A stretch of DNA of 36,919 bases from an uncultured Actinomycetaceae bacterium (lineage in GTDB: Bacteria > Actinomycetota > Actinomycetes > Actinomycetales > Actinomycetaceae): positions 1 through 36,919 of the forward strand of contig CAUSGP010000001.1 in NCBI GenBank assembly GCA_963531075.1, written 5' to 3'. This document shows positions 9,015 to 19,364 of the stretch, piece after piece (the first letter of the stretch is position 1; every line of letters begins with the position of its first letter). The position numbers were made by a program, and so were the translations under genes. The notes beneath the pieces were generated by a model. That model was given only the letters and a program-made list of their open reading frames with translations, made no database searches and was not told the origin of the DNA.

Positions 9015-9818
9015 ATGGCTGATAGAGCTGAACTCGTTAAACGACTCAACGACGAAGGCGATTTTGGAGCTGACTACATTGAAGAGCTTCTCAACATTGC
9101 CGATCTGGACGGTGACATCGAAATTGGCATTGAGGCAGATCGTGCGTCTGTTGCGGTTGTGACCGAAGGTGTTGCTGATCGTAGGCTTAAACGCCTAATA
9201 GGTCAGGGAGGCCAGGTTCTCGATGCCCTCCAGGAGCTTACTCGCCTCGCCGTTCAAGCAAAAACCGGTGAACGGAGTCGTCTCATGCTTGACATAGCCG
9301 ACTATAGAGAGTCACATCGCCAAGAAGTTGCTGCTATTGCGCAAGAAGCTGTCGCCTCCGTTCTCGCCAACGGTGAGCCGGTTTCATTAGCTCCGATGAA
9401 TCCGTTTGAGCGCAAGGTTGTTCACGACATTGCCGCTGCGGCTGGACTTGCATCTGATTCGGAGGGTGTTGGCAATGCACGTCATGTCGTTATTACTTTG
9501 AAAAGCTCTGAGGAACTTTCCGACGTGGAAACAGAAGACGCCGAAGAGGTAGATGCTGAGAAGGCCGTCGGCCTAGATGCCGAAGCGACTACCGAAGGAG
9601 AGAACAAAGATACCGTTAGTATCGAAGCTGAAGACAGTGCTGATGTATATATTCGAGGCACCTTCGAGCTACCAGATAGTGATCAAGCCGCTTCTACACC
9701 TGTACGTACGAATGAAGACTCCGCTGGTAGCGGTAGCTTAAGCAACGCTAAACCACTTGCCAGTAATTCCAACCTCAGCCAAGAAACTAACCACCTAGCC
9801 GATTCGAAGGCTGAGTAA
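9015..9818 (+). CDS. jag: Jag/KhpB (EloR) KH-R3H RNA-binding protein with acidic C-terminal extension
   Basis: EGDFGADYIEELL, LIGQGGQVLDALQELTRLAV, R3H motif PMNPFERKVVHD; GAAAGGA RBS. Confidence 0.92.
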   Translation: MADRAELVKRLNDEGDFGADYIEELLNIADLDGDIEIGIEADRASVAVVTEGVADRRLKRLIGQGGQVLDALQELTRLAVQAKTGERSRLMLDIADYRESHRQEVAAIAQEAVASVLANGEPVSLAPMNPFERKVVHDIAAAAGLASDSEGVGNARHVVITLKSSEELSDVETEDAEEVDAEKAVGLDAEATTEGENKDTVSIEAEDSADVYIRGTFELPDSDQAASTPVRTNEDSAGSGSLSNAKPLASNSNLSQETNHLADSKAE

Positions 9819-9825
9819 ATCAGTC

Positions 9826-10470
9826 GTGAACGACAAGAAGATGCCAGTGGAAGCCCCTCCCGAGGGAGGGGCTTCCCAGTTTGGCGATGATGTATGGGAC
9901 CAGTTACTCAGCTATGCAGGAATGATTGAAAAGGAGGGCGAATTACGCGGTCTTGTCGGACCCCGCGAACTTCAGCGCTTATGGACGCGTCACATCCTTA
10001 ATTCCATGGCAATTCTTCCTTTTATTCCAGCTGGTGTAGATGTTGTCGACGTTGGTTCGGGTGCTGGTTTTCCGGGTATCGTTGCTGCCATAGTACGCAA
10101 GGACCTTCGTTTTCTTCTTGTCGATTCAATGGAACGTCGGGTGCAGTGGCTGAACGACGTTGTTGCGGCCCTATCTATCCCTAACGTTGAAGTTATTCAT
10201 GCAAGATCCGAGGACCTGATCAATGCCGTTAGGGCTGACGTCGTTACGGCGAGAGCGGTGGCAGTTTTGAAGAATCTGATTCCATTGACAATGCCGTTGT
10301 TGAAAGGTGGTGGTTCCTTAGTTGCACTTAAAGGCGTACGTGTTGATAACGAGATTGATGAGGCAATCAGTATATTGCGCGAGTACAACGCGAAATGGGC
10401 TGACGTTCACTTTGTTACCCCTTTTGGAACGCATGAGGAGACGAGAGTTCTTGAAATTCGGAAAAAGTGA
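9826..10470 (+). CDS. rsmG: 16S rRNA m7G527 methyltransferase RsmG (GidB)
   Basis: RGLVGPRE..RLWTRHILNS, VDVGSGAGFPG, VTARAVA, LKG. Confidence 0.96.
   Translation: MNDKKMPVEAPPEGGASQFGDDVWDQLLSYAGMIEKEGELRGLVGPRELQRLWTRHILNSMAILPFIPAGVDVVDVGSGAGFPGIVAAIVRKDLRFLLVDSMERRVQWLNDVVAALSIPNVEVIHARSEDLINAVRADVVTARAVAVLKNLIPLTMPLLKGGGSLVALKGVRVDNEIDEAISILREYNAKWADVHFVTPFGTHEETRVLEIRKK
9849..9876. other. Perfect 13-bp inverted repeat in the first codons of rsmG
   Basis: ggaagcccctccc-ga-gggaggggcttcc, followed by cagttt. Confidence 0.8.
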
Positions 10471-11072
10471 CTAAAGCGTATGTACCTAATGATGCTTAAC
10501 AGTTGAGATTAAGTTGTCTTTATATTGTTAAATACCATTTAAGGTAACTTATAACGTTCTAGTTCATTATATTTATTTTGATCTTAATTTTATCGACGTA
10601 ACTATCTTAGGATGATATTTATAATATCTAAACTAATAGGTTGTCACTATGATGTGGCAGTAAAATCTTATAGTTAACTTAGTTAAGTAACATATAGAAT
10701 GTTTGAATTTGATCTTGATTGCGGAACTATTTCAATGTTTAATAGCTTAAACGGTTTTTTAATAATTATTTTCTGATTTCATATGCCTTTACCTACTTAC
10801 ATAGTCCGTTTATTTCCATAATTAGCGTAATTCTCGTTTTAACTTATCCTTTTATTATCGTTTTCTTATTTCTCTGCTGTTCACTACTATCTTTGTTCTT
10901 ATTTTATCTATATATAATGTGGTCAAATTGCAATCGATCTCTGGGGTTTAGCTCCACTTTTGCTTTCTAGTTGATCCGATAGTTCTAACGACGTGTAACA
11001 TGTACTTTATGACAACCTAACCCTAAACTAAGTACGATTAGTCTAGTATCTAAACTTTAAATTAGATTTTTG

Positions 11073-11088
11073 CGTTTCACGTGAAACT
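11073..11088. promoter_or_regulatory. parS site 1
   Basis: cGTTTCACGTGAAACt, the 14-bp actinobacterial parS palindrome. Confidence 0.93.
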
Positions 11089-13290
11089 TTCGATGTCTAG
11101 TAAGTTGACAGACTGTTAGTTGACATTAGTGGCGATAGGTCACTGACCACATTTACTGTCTGATTTCAACTGACCTCTTCCAGTACCGTGTGAATATCGC
11201 TAAAAAAAGGGAGATCCGATCTGGTGCCAGCGTTTTGGTGGCAGTGAGGAAACTGTGTTTATGATCTTATTGATACCTAGGGTGCGTTGGAAATGGTTGC
11301 TGCTGAGTTCGTTTGGTACTGCGAATAATGACTGGTGTTGGAGGTATGCGATTTCATTCAGAAGAAGACGGGATGCGTGCGTGCAAAAATTTTTTCAAAC
11401 CGAGGTAGTGTTTGTTAGTGAACTTAAATAGAAGATTGAGGGTTCTCTTCAGTTTTTAGTAAAGAATAGTTTCTTGTCAAGTGAGAATGGGATGGGTTAG
11501 AGAATAGGTTTGTAAGTTTAGGGAACCAGGAACTCTGTTAGAGCTGCAGGTAGTATCTCTCTACTGCCATGAATGCACTGATAAAAGGTTGCTGCACCGA
11601 AAGCAATTTTGGCGATACTAATATTTGACGAAACTGGTTGATTGGGCTCACGTAGCTCTGTTTGTTCTTCGACTTTTGGGAAATGAAGTCAAGTTGCCAG
11701 TATGCTTCAGATTGAATGTAAAAATTTTAAAAGGTCTTTTTGAACAAGTTCCGGTCGGATTCACATAGCGCGATTCTACTAACAGACCAATTAAGCGACG
11801 GAAGCAATCAGGAACACCGTTAGTATCGATTCGATAGTTCAGATACATAGTTGTTTACTGCATTGATTTCCGTCGTGGGACATATACTGCTCTATAAGCT
11901 ATTCGATTTCTTCCTAGAGGTCTTTAACAAATTTCGGAGACATTAAGATAGCTGGTGGCCATAACGTCATCGAATAGATAACAGCCATGTTTAAATTACA
12001 GCACTGATAAAGATCATTGATTAAGTATTTGTTGGAGGCCGATACAGGAGTGTGGCTGATACCGGAGAGGCACTGCTATTTGTAAACCTTATAACGTTTT
12101 GCTTGTCACCAAGCTCTACTGACCAACGTATTTGATATCAACTAGGTAGTAATTGTATATAGCTTATATCGGATTGTATTATTCGCCTGAGGTAGAATAA
12201 CGACTTACTTAAAGAGTGCATTAACTCGCTTTCTGTGAATCTCAAGAAATGACGAGATTGGACACCAGTCGTGTTGCTCAAAGTGACAGACAGCGCGGTA
12301 TTCATAGATCACCTGAGCGGAGATTCTTGCTTGAGACAACAACGACTACGGTTAGGCTAGTTTGATATTTACAATCTCCAAAATTCGATTGCAGGTCAGT
12401 ATCAGTCATTAATACCTAATGTTCTGTGAGGGACAATCCGCCGTGAGCCGTTGCAGTGATCAACGCATCAGCCGCGTCTGGTTTAAGTTGGATATGATAA
12501 GCTCACATACTACTGATCCATTTGATCATTGCAGAAGACTAGCTAAGAGATTCTGGACGTGAAGGTGAAATTGCAGAGGATTCTTATGTCCGTAGAGGCC
12601 ATCTACGTACCGCATATTTGTCAAATATGACCGCTCCCGTTTCTATTGACCTGTGTTTCCCATAGCGACATGTAACTTGCGGTGGGTCTCATCAGGCAAG
12701 GAAGTAAATTATCCAACCATCAATGGCTTCTTTGACACGGTATGAAGGTATCACCGAACGTACAAAGTAGATGCTAAAGGGTCACGGATCACTGAGCATG
12801 TCAGTGAACGTAGACTCCAGGTCAAAGCAAGATGGTCACGAATCCAGTCGTAGCGCAGAGAAAGGACACGCGTCGAGTTCCACTTGGTTTTTCGCCGATA
12901 CTGAGCTACTTGTGAACTCATCACAATCATCTCTAACTTACCCCTTTTGCACCTAACGGAAGTAAATTATTTGGTAGGTAGCTTATGGTGGTAAAGCGTA
13001 CTGACTTGACTATTGACTAGTATCCTTTATAAACGAGCAACCAACTTCGACCGCGTGTAATTCAGATATCGTTTAACTGTATTAACTATAAAGGAGATAT
13101 TTCCCTGTCGTGTGATGCGTACTTCGCTAGCCGTTACGATTGCCGTTTACAAACAGCACCCAGTAATCAGACTAGGTGTTGTTAATGTTTCAGATAACTT
13201 GAGTTAACCACGGCGCCACATAACTGAGTATTGCCAAGACAAATACTAAAAATTAGGACTGTGTAACAGTCGAATGGCCATGCTTGCTGT

Positions 13291-13306
13291 TGTTTCACGT
13301 GAAACA
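13291..13306. promoter_or_regulatory. parS site 2
   Basis: TGTTTCACGTGAAACA, the perfect 16-bp universal parS. Confidence 0.96.
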
Positions 13307-14310
13307 CAACTGACTCTAAATAATATCGACATATCAAAAATTTTGAATGGGTTAGTTCGATGCACTGTTGATGTGTATAAGCTAGGGCATATGTAACCTA
13401 TATTTAGGTCGAATTTCGCTAGTATAATATCAGCGAAAACGAACTTCTAGAACGGTGTGAATGTAAATCGTTAAGTAACTCTACGGTGCCAGAGACGATA
13501 CTAAAGGTCATCCTGTGATTTGATAGCGATGCTAATAGTGAATGTTTCTAAGTATAAATGAAGTAACGATACTTCTATCGGTAAGTGCCAACGTTAGTCG
13601 TAGAACCTCGACGAACTACAGATATACCTATGACTGTTTTGCTTGAAGACCTTTGATTACAGGTATCCAAGGTATTCAAGTTTATATAGACAGCAAACAA
13701 AACACATTTTATAGCTGTTCTTGACATAGCTGACTTATATCAAACCAATCAGTCAATAGAAAAGCATTGTCTGTCAAGGTGAGATCATACAGAAACAGTG
13801 GTGTAATTAGATGGAGGTTATATTTATTTGCTAAGTTTTTTTGCTTAATCTAGAATCGATCTAATTGAGTGTGTCTTGGACAGAGGCTTTACTTTGTCAG
13901 TTAGTTACCCTTCAAATCTAGATGTAAATTTGTAAGTTCGAATATCAATTTCCTCGTATTTTGATTGATTTAGCAGCTCATAGCGTCAATTGCATGACGA
14001 GTTTGTAACAAACAAATGAGTTAACGTAGTAGTCTAAAGATACAAATCTATAGTTAATTTGGCAAGACTTCTGCCGCTGCAAGATAAGTACTTTTGCAGG
14101 AAGGGTATACTTTAAGCAGCTTCGATTTGCATACGATGATACTGGGTGTGCCATAAAAGATCGTAGTGTCTGTTGGCTTGAAGCTGCGTTAGCTAAAGAA
14201 ATTACGGACACTGTTTCTCTACCAAGCTGCCTCAAGATGTGGCTATTGTTGGATAAAGGAAAACTGAAAAATATCTAGTCTAATAGAATACAAAAGTCCT
14301 GGCAGGCGTG

Positions 14311-14326
14311 CGTTTCACGTGAAACG
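14311..14326. promoter_or_regulatory. parS site 3
   Basis: CGTTTCACGTGAAACG, a perfect 16-bp palindrome. Confidence 0.95.
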
Positions 14327-15110
14327 TGGAATTTAGCTTAAGCAATTGCTTCAAGATTCGCAGGTAATAACCGATATAGCCACCCCGGAAGGCGTCGCAC
14401 CACAAACTGAGGGTACTGTCGTTGTGTCACAAATGGTATCAGGTCGGTTGGGCTCTGATAATCGAATTAGTTAGAAGTTCTCTCTAAACCAAACGGGCAG
14501 TTTGTGTATCACTAAAGACAGTCAGCAAACTAATGCATAGATTGTTCAGATTTGGCTATTGACGGCAATGCAATAATTACTGATGCCGGGTACTGTAAAG
14601 TACGCACTATCGAGCTTACTGTTTATTCAAAGTACATATGTAAGCTAGTCGTGCGTTACTACCAGCTTCTCCGTTTGGTACGCCTAGAAAACTTATTTTA
14701 AATAACTAGTGATTGAACTAAAGCGGACCATATCGATTTAGTCCTCTAACATTAATACAGACAATAGAAAATGTAAGTTAATAGATGATAGCTGCATGTA
14801 TGTAGCTATCATTTCTGGCAATGTCTCTACTGCCTCAGCGGCTGGTTGTCGCTAATCACTCTAAGCGCGTGTTGATCTTGTTGATCGAGAACATTCAATC
14901 AAACTAAGAAACTTAGGCTTGCAGATCTGAGAACATAAGTAGTAAATGAATATTAATCGCATTTGGACAAGATAAACTGTTCATTTGGGCACTCTCGACC
15001 ACTAGGATTTCATTAGCTGCTTCGTTTTGCACCTTTCGGTCCTAAAGATCAGTAGTTGGGTTACTTAATGCACGAAATAAAGGGAGTGAGGATACCTGTA
15101 AAGGATAACG

Positions 15111-15126
15111 TGTTTCATGTGAAACA
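15111..15126. promoter_or_regulatory. parS site 4
   Basis: TGTTTCATGTGAAACA, one central mismatch. Confidence 0.88.
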
Positions 15127-15620
15127 GAATGTCAAAGAAGAACACCATTGTTTGATTATAAAAACGAAGGACGTAAATTGGTTCTGGCTGTCCCGGGCTG
15201 AATCGATGGGTTAAATTAGCTACGAACTAATTCATTAGTAGTTGGTCGACTTCTAGTTCCGGGTATAAGCAAGAGGTTTGGCAATGCCTTATTCAAAGTT
15301 GGCGACTTTTTCTTTAAAATTTGCGTATAGATACTAGCCGGAAGCCTCAGGACAAAATTAGGTAATAGAATTTTTGTACGAAGAAACAACATTGACTTGT
15401 ATACAATAAGTCTAATATTACACACGAATTGGCTTTAGAAGGGTACTTAATGCCCGAGTTAACTAAGTCCAGCTAGATCTGTAGGGGCAGACAACTAGAC
15501 TATAATCACGATTACCGCTCGCAGTTCCTTAGTTTTATATTATCGCCTAACAGTCTGTAACGCAGATGAGCATTAGGCTCAACGTGTTTAAGTGTTTGAT
15601 AGTTGTATATGAACTGAAAG

Positions 15621-15636
15621 GCTTTCACGTGAAAGT
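15621..15636. promoter_or_regulatory. parS site 5 (symmetric variant)
   Basis: gCTTTCACGTGAAAGt; the outer G/C pair is swapped in both arms, preserving a 14-bp palindrome. Confidence 0.7.
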
Positions 15637-15901
15637 GTCACAGATAGATAAACTGGCAAAACCTCATGGCAACAGACGACCTTAATATGTCGAAGCTTAC
15701 GTTCATAAATTATAAACAGAGCGCACGGCTTTATTAGAGTAGCCATATTTCCTTAAGCGAATATTGTGAAGAAGGGTTTTAGTAGTTTCTCCACATTCAG
15801 CTCTAACGCCTAGATATCATCGATGGCTGAACTATATTTGTAAAGTAATCCATAATTAACTAGCTACTGTCAGAAGTTGGTATAACTCCTTGTGTAATCT
15901 G

Positions 15902-15917
15902 CGTTTCACGTGAAACA
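15902..15917. promoter_or_regulatory. parS site 6
   Basis: cGTTTCACGTGAAACa. Confidence 0.93.
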
Positions 15918-16854
15918 TTCAGATGTCTAGGAAAGTAACGGTTGCCAATAGTATATGTCACCACTCAAAGCCGTGGCTGTGTGATAGAAGCCTACATTCG
16001 GTAATTGGTCTATTTGGAGCAGTGTAGAAATCAAGTTGTCGATAGGCTTCAAATTTTACCTATTAGTACTATGAGAAGAAATGAGAATGAAGATCTGCTG
16101 TATCTGGTAAAGTTGCTGGGGTACAGGTCATTAGAATAGGTTAAGATTATTCGGCGAATTCAATAGCCTTGTGCTGTAAAATTCATACTGACATGTGGAG
16201 GTGCTGAAAATACTAATGTTATTGCTCAATCGGAATGCTGGTTGTGAACTATCTGAAGTAACTGCAATCTATATAGTTGTTGTATAAACCATATTTATTG
16301 AGGAACTACTAGAGTCTTGCACCATGAGGAATGTAGGTGCATTACGTTACTAGTATCTGCAGTGAGTCGTTGGTAAACTAAAACTATTAATCACACACGT
16401 CATTGTTGCATGTGCATAGCGTACCTCGTTGCTGTGCTTGGACCGTTGATCGCAGCCAGGTAAGGTTTAAATGACTCTATAGGAGGACAGTTTGGTAGAT
16501 ATATACTATCCTCTACTTTCTGAGCTAGTAGTTCTTTGACATGGAATACGGCAGGCAGCTCGGATTGTTTGGCGTGACGTATTATGCGTAAGCGAAAAGC
16601 TATAAGACTCTAACTTTCTGATAGCGAGCTTAAGCTAATTCTCGTCGCTGATCTGACCACCGTACTCGATAAACGTCTGGGACTATGTTTCTTCTATCTC
16701 GTTGAGCTGAAAGATTAACAGTTAATGATCAGTTTTATCAATAAAAGAAAAGGAAGTGAATGAATCTAGGCTGTAACTATCACGTTAAGAACGAAGATAG
16801 CCGTAAGTTTACAGAAAGCGAGTGTCCTCTAAGCCGGAACTTCCAATACCCAAA

Positions 16855-16870
16855 GGTTTCACGTGAAACA
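16855..16870. promoter_or_regulatory. parS site 7
   Basis: gGTTTCACGTGAAACa. Confidence 0.93.
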
Positions 16871-18306
16871 TGTTGGCGCGACAGGTCGGATCACCTATAT
16901 CAAATGATCCATTGTGATTAAAGGCAAAGTTAAGGAAGTTCTTGTCCGTAAAAGACTGCGATAGAGGTTGGTATATAACTTGACTACCGCAGTTTATTTT
17001 CTGTAATGATGTTAAGGGGGTGATGCAACGGCTTTTAAAACTGCTACTAGTTTAATTGGGATGCTAGTTCGCTATGCTTAAAAATAAGGGTGTGTGGATT
17101 ATTCAACCTGGTATCAGGGTGGCGTATGGAATAAAGAACAGCATAAGAATATAACGCTTACGTGGAATTAATAACTAGGGCATGCGTAGAAGCTGTCGTT
17201 AACTTCGTTGTAAAGGACGTTGTTTGCACGGAATCCAGAGTAAATCCTTTTTATGAGCCTGTTTTGATATCAGTTCCTTTGCCACCTGATACTTAGTTTC
17301 GCAGTGCACGAATCTTCCCTCTTCGCGGTTATCCGCAGGTTGGAAACGCTTCTCTATTTGTTTCGCACAAAGTTAATTCGGCCTGTGTGTTGCTTGGCTC
17401 TCGCACTCTGTGTCGTTTTAGAACTTCTGCTGTCTGACACAGTATGAGCCTTGCCCTTCGGGTCTCTGGGACTCCGTGCGGCTATATGATCTTCCTTCTG
17501 ATAAATCTGCATAAAGTTTCTGGTCGATGTCATCGATAAGGTGTTCTGACCAGGGACTACAGAATCAGATCCAGGTATGAAAAGTATGCGAGTACATTTT
17601 CTCGAACGATATGCAGAGATCTTATAACCTTGTGCAAGTAGTGCGTTTTATACGTGTACGTTATTCTTAACTTTTGAGCGTGGCTGGTGTAGAAAAGCTA
17701 GGTTTCGACGTTTCAATAACTTGAATGCGAGAATTCACACTATATACGTACAAGAATAAAATCTGCTCGGGTCTTCTGCCGATGGTTTCTGCAACAGAAT
17801 GGTTGTACTCGGAACGTCAATCGGACCAGTGCATTATCCGAAGACCAAATGGGCCGTGCCGGTTAGAATTCTAACCGGAGTACTAAGCAGATGAGTGTTT
17901 AATGGAAGTATCCAGTCCGAACTAGTCTTAGTGAACTCTAAAGAGAATCCCACTATAGAGAGTAAATCAAGGAATGGATGTTCTTCGTCGAGGTGAAGAT
18001 ATTCTTTCTGAACTAGGTGGGACTCGTCAAAACGTGTTGTTTTTTCACACAATGCACGTACGTAATCTCGAACAAAGACGACTTCTAATTGATACGGGGT
18101 GTGACCGTTATAGAGCACAGTGCTTCTTGAGTACTGCCGAATACGATGCACGGGGTATGGATATGGCGAATGCTGTGCCACGACCAAAATTCCTTGAGGG
18201 TATTCAAATCACACTTACTGACAACGATCTCTCTATCGGCGAGATTTGACTATGCAGATAGAACACCGTAGGCATAATTCAGAATTTCCTGGATTGGACT
18301 TAGTTC

Positions 18307-18390
18307 TGTGGAAAACCTGAACGAAGAGCACGGTGTGGATAGGCCAATTTCAATGTGTGTTTTGCGTAGAATGTAGTGAGACGAGAGGAG
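18307..18390 (+). promoter_or_regulatory. Putative parAB promoter with two DnaA-box-like motifs
   Basis: TGTGGAAAA 18307-18315, TGTGGATAG 18334-18342, -10-like TAGAAT 18367-18372, RBS GAGGAG 18385-18390. Confidence 0.5.
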
Positions 18391-18397
18391 TGGATAC

Positions 18398-19351
18398 GTG
18401 AGTGATCCCATAAGCAAGGCGCGAGGGGCAACCATGCGGGTGACCGAAGAGGAAAGCCCGTGGGATCGCCTGCGGGGTGAAGGGTCTCCCCTTGCTAATA
18501 GTCTGGCTGAAGACATGAAGAGACTTGACGCAATTGGTGGATCCAAGTTTAGGTCTCCTGCGTCAACTAGGATTATCGCAATAGCCAATCAAAAAGGCGG
18601 TGTCGGAAAAACTACTACTGCTGTCAATATGGCTGCCGCTTTGGCTCAAGGCGGTTTGAACGTTCTTGTGGTTGATGACGATCCGCAAGGCAATGCCTCT
18701 ACTGCTTTAGGCGCTAGTAGAGACGAGGATGTTGCAACCCTATATGATGTACTTGTCGGAAAAGCGACAATGCGTGAAGCTATGCAGTCAACAGAAAAGC
18801 TTAAGAATCTATTCGTGGTTCCCTCGTCGATTAACTTGTCACTGGTTGATGTCGAGCTTGCTGATCAAGACGATCGTATGACAAGACTTCGTGACACCCT
18901 CCGTCAAGGGTTGAATGAGATTGCTGCGCAGGGGTTTTCCTTTGACTATGTATTCATCGATTGTCCCCCGAGCATGTCACTTTTGCCTATCAATGCTTTG
19001 ATTGCTGCCAAAGAGGTGCTGATTCCGGTTCAGACTGAGTATTATGCCCTGGAGGGATTGACTCAGCTTCTGCATACCATTGAAGGTGCTAGCGCTTCGC
19101 ATAATCCTGAATTGCGCGTAAGTACAATTCTGCTCACGATGTCGTCAAAGAATACAAATCTTTCCGCTGAGGTTGCGGAAAATGTTAGGGAATTTTTCCC
19201 TGATCAGACGCTTGAGACGGAAATTCCAAGGTCAGTTCGCATAGCCGAATCACCATCTTATGGAGAGACCGTCATCACATTTGCACCCCGCTCCAGTGGC
19301 GCTATCGCTTACCTGGCCGCGGCACATGAGTTGGCTAGTCGAGCCGAGTAA
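18398..19351 (+). CDS. parA: Chromosome partitioning ATPase ParA/Soj
   Basis: Deviant Walker A NQKGGVGKTTT, DPQGNAS, FIDCPPS, PVQTEYYALEGL, IPRSVRIAESPSYG. Confidence 0.97.
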   Translation: MSDPISKARGATMRVTEEESPWDRLRGEGSPLANSLAEDMKRLDAIGGSKFRSPASTRIIAIANQKGGVGKTTTAVNMAAALAQGGLNVLVVDDDPQGNASTALGASRDEDVATLYDVLVGKATMREAMQSTEKLKNLFVVPSSINLSLVDVELADQDDRMTRLRDTLRQGLNEIAAQGFSFDYVFIDCPPSMSLLPINALIAAKEVLIPVQTEYYALEGLTQLLHTIEGASASHNPELRVSTILLTMSSKNTNLSAEVAENVREFFPDQTLETEIPRSVRIAESPSYGETVITFAPRSSGAIAYLAAAHELASRAE

Positions 19352-19364
19352 GGAGTAGGTAGAA

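Larger units (their letters stand above)
10471..18397. other. AT-rich non-coding parS (centromere-like) region of about 7.9 kb between rsmG and parA
   Basis: Only six ORFs of 60 aa or more lie wholly inside (longest 117 aa, none recognisable). Sampled GC is 25-52%, mostly about 28-45%, versus about 57-77% in distal genes. Contains seven parS palindromes. Confidence 0.9.

Noticed and set aside
12700..12970. 13-bp direct repeat GGAAGTAAATTAT at 12700 and 12958
   Set aside because: About one such match is expected by chance in 8 kb of AT-rich DNA.
11073..16870. Progressively shrinking parS spacings (2218, 1020, 800, 510, 281, then 953 bp)
   Set aside because: Too few intervals, and the trend breaks at the last one; no fixed period.
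11648..18249. Six small ORFs (61-117 aa) inside the AT-rich interval
   Set aside because: No recognisable motifs, no convincing RBS spacing, and lengths are as expected by chance. Not excluded without Ribo-seq, but unsupported.
10471..18397. CRISPR array, prophage, IS or rRNA/tRNA explanation for the interval
   Set aside because: No regularly spaced 23-47-bp repeats, no long ORFs, no terminal inverted repeats, and no rRNA/tRNA signatures seen.
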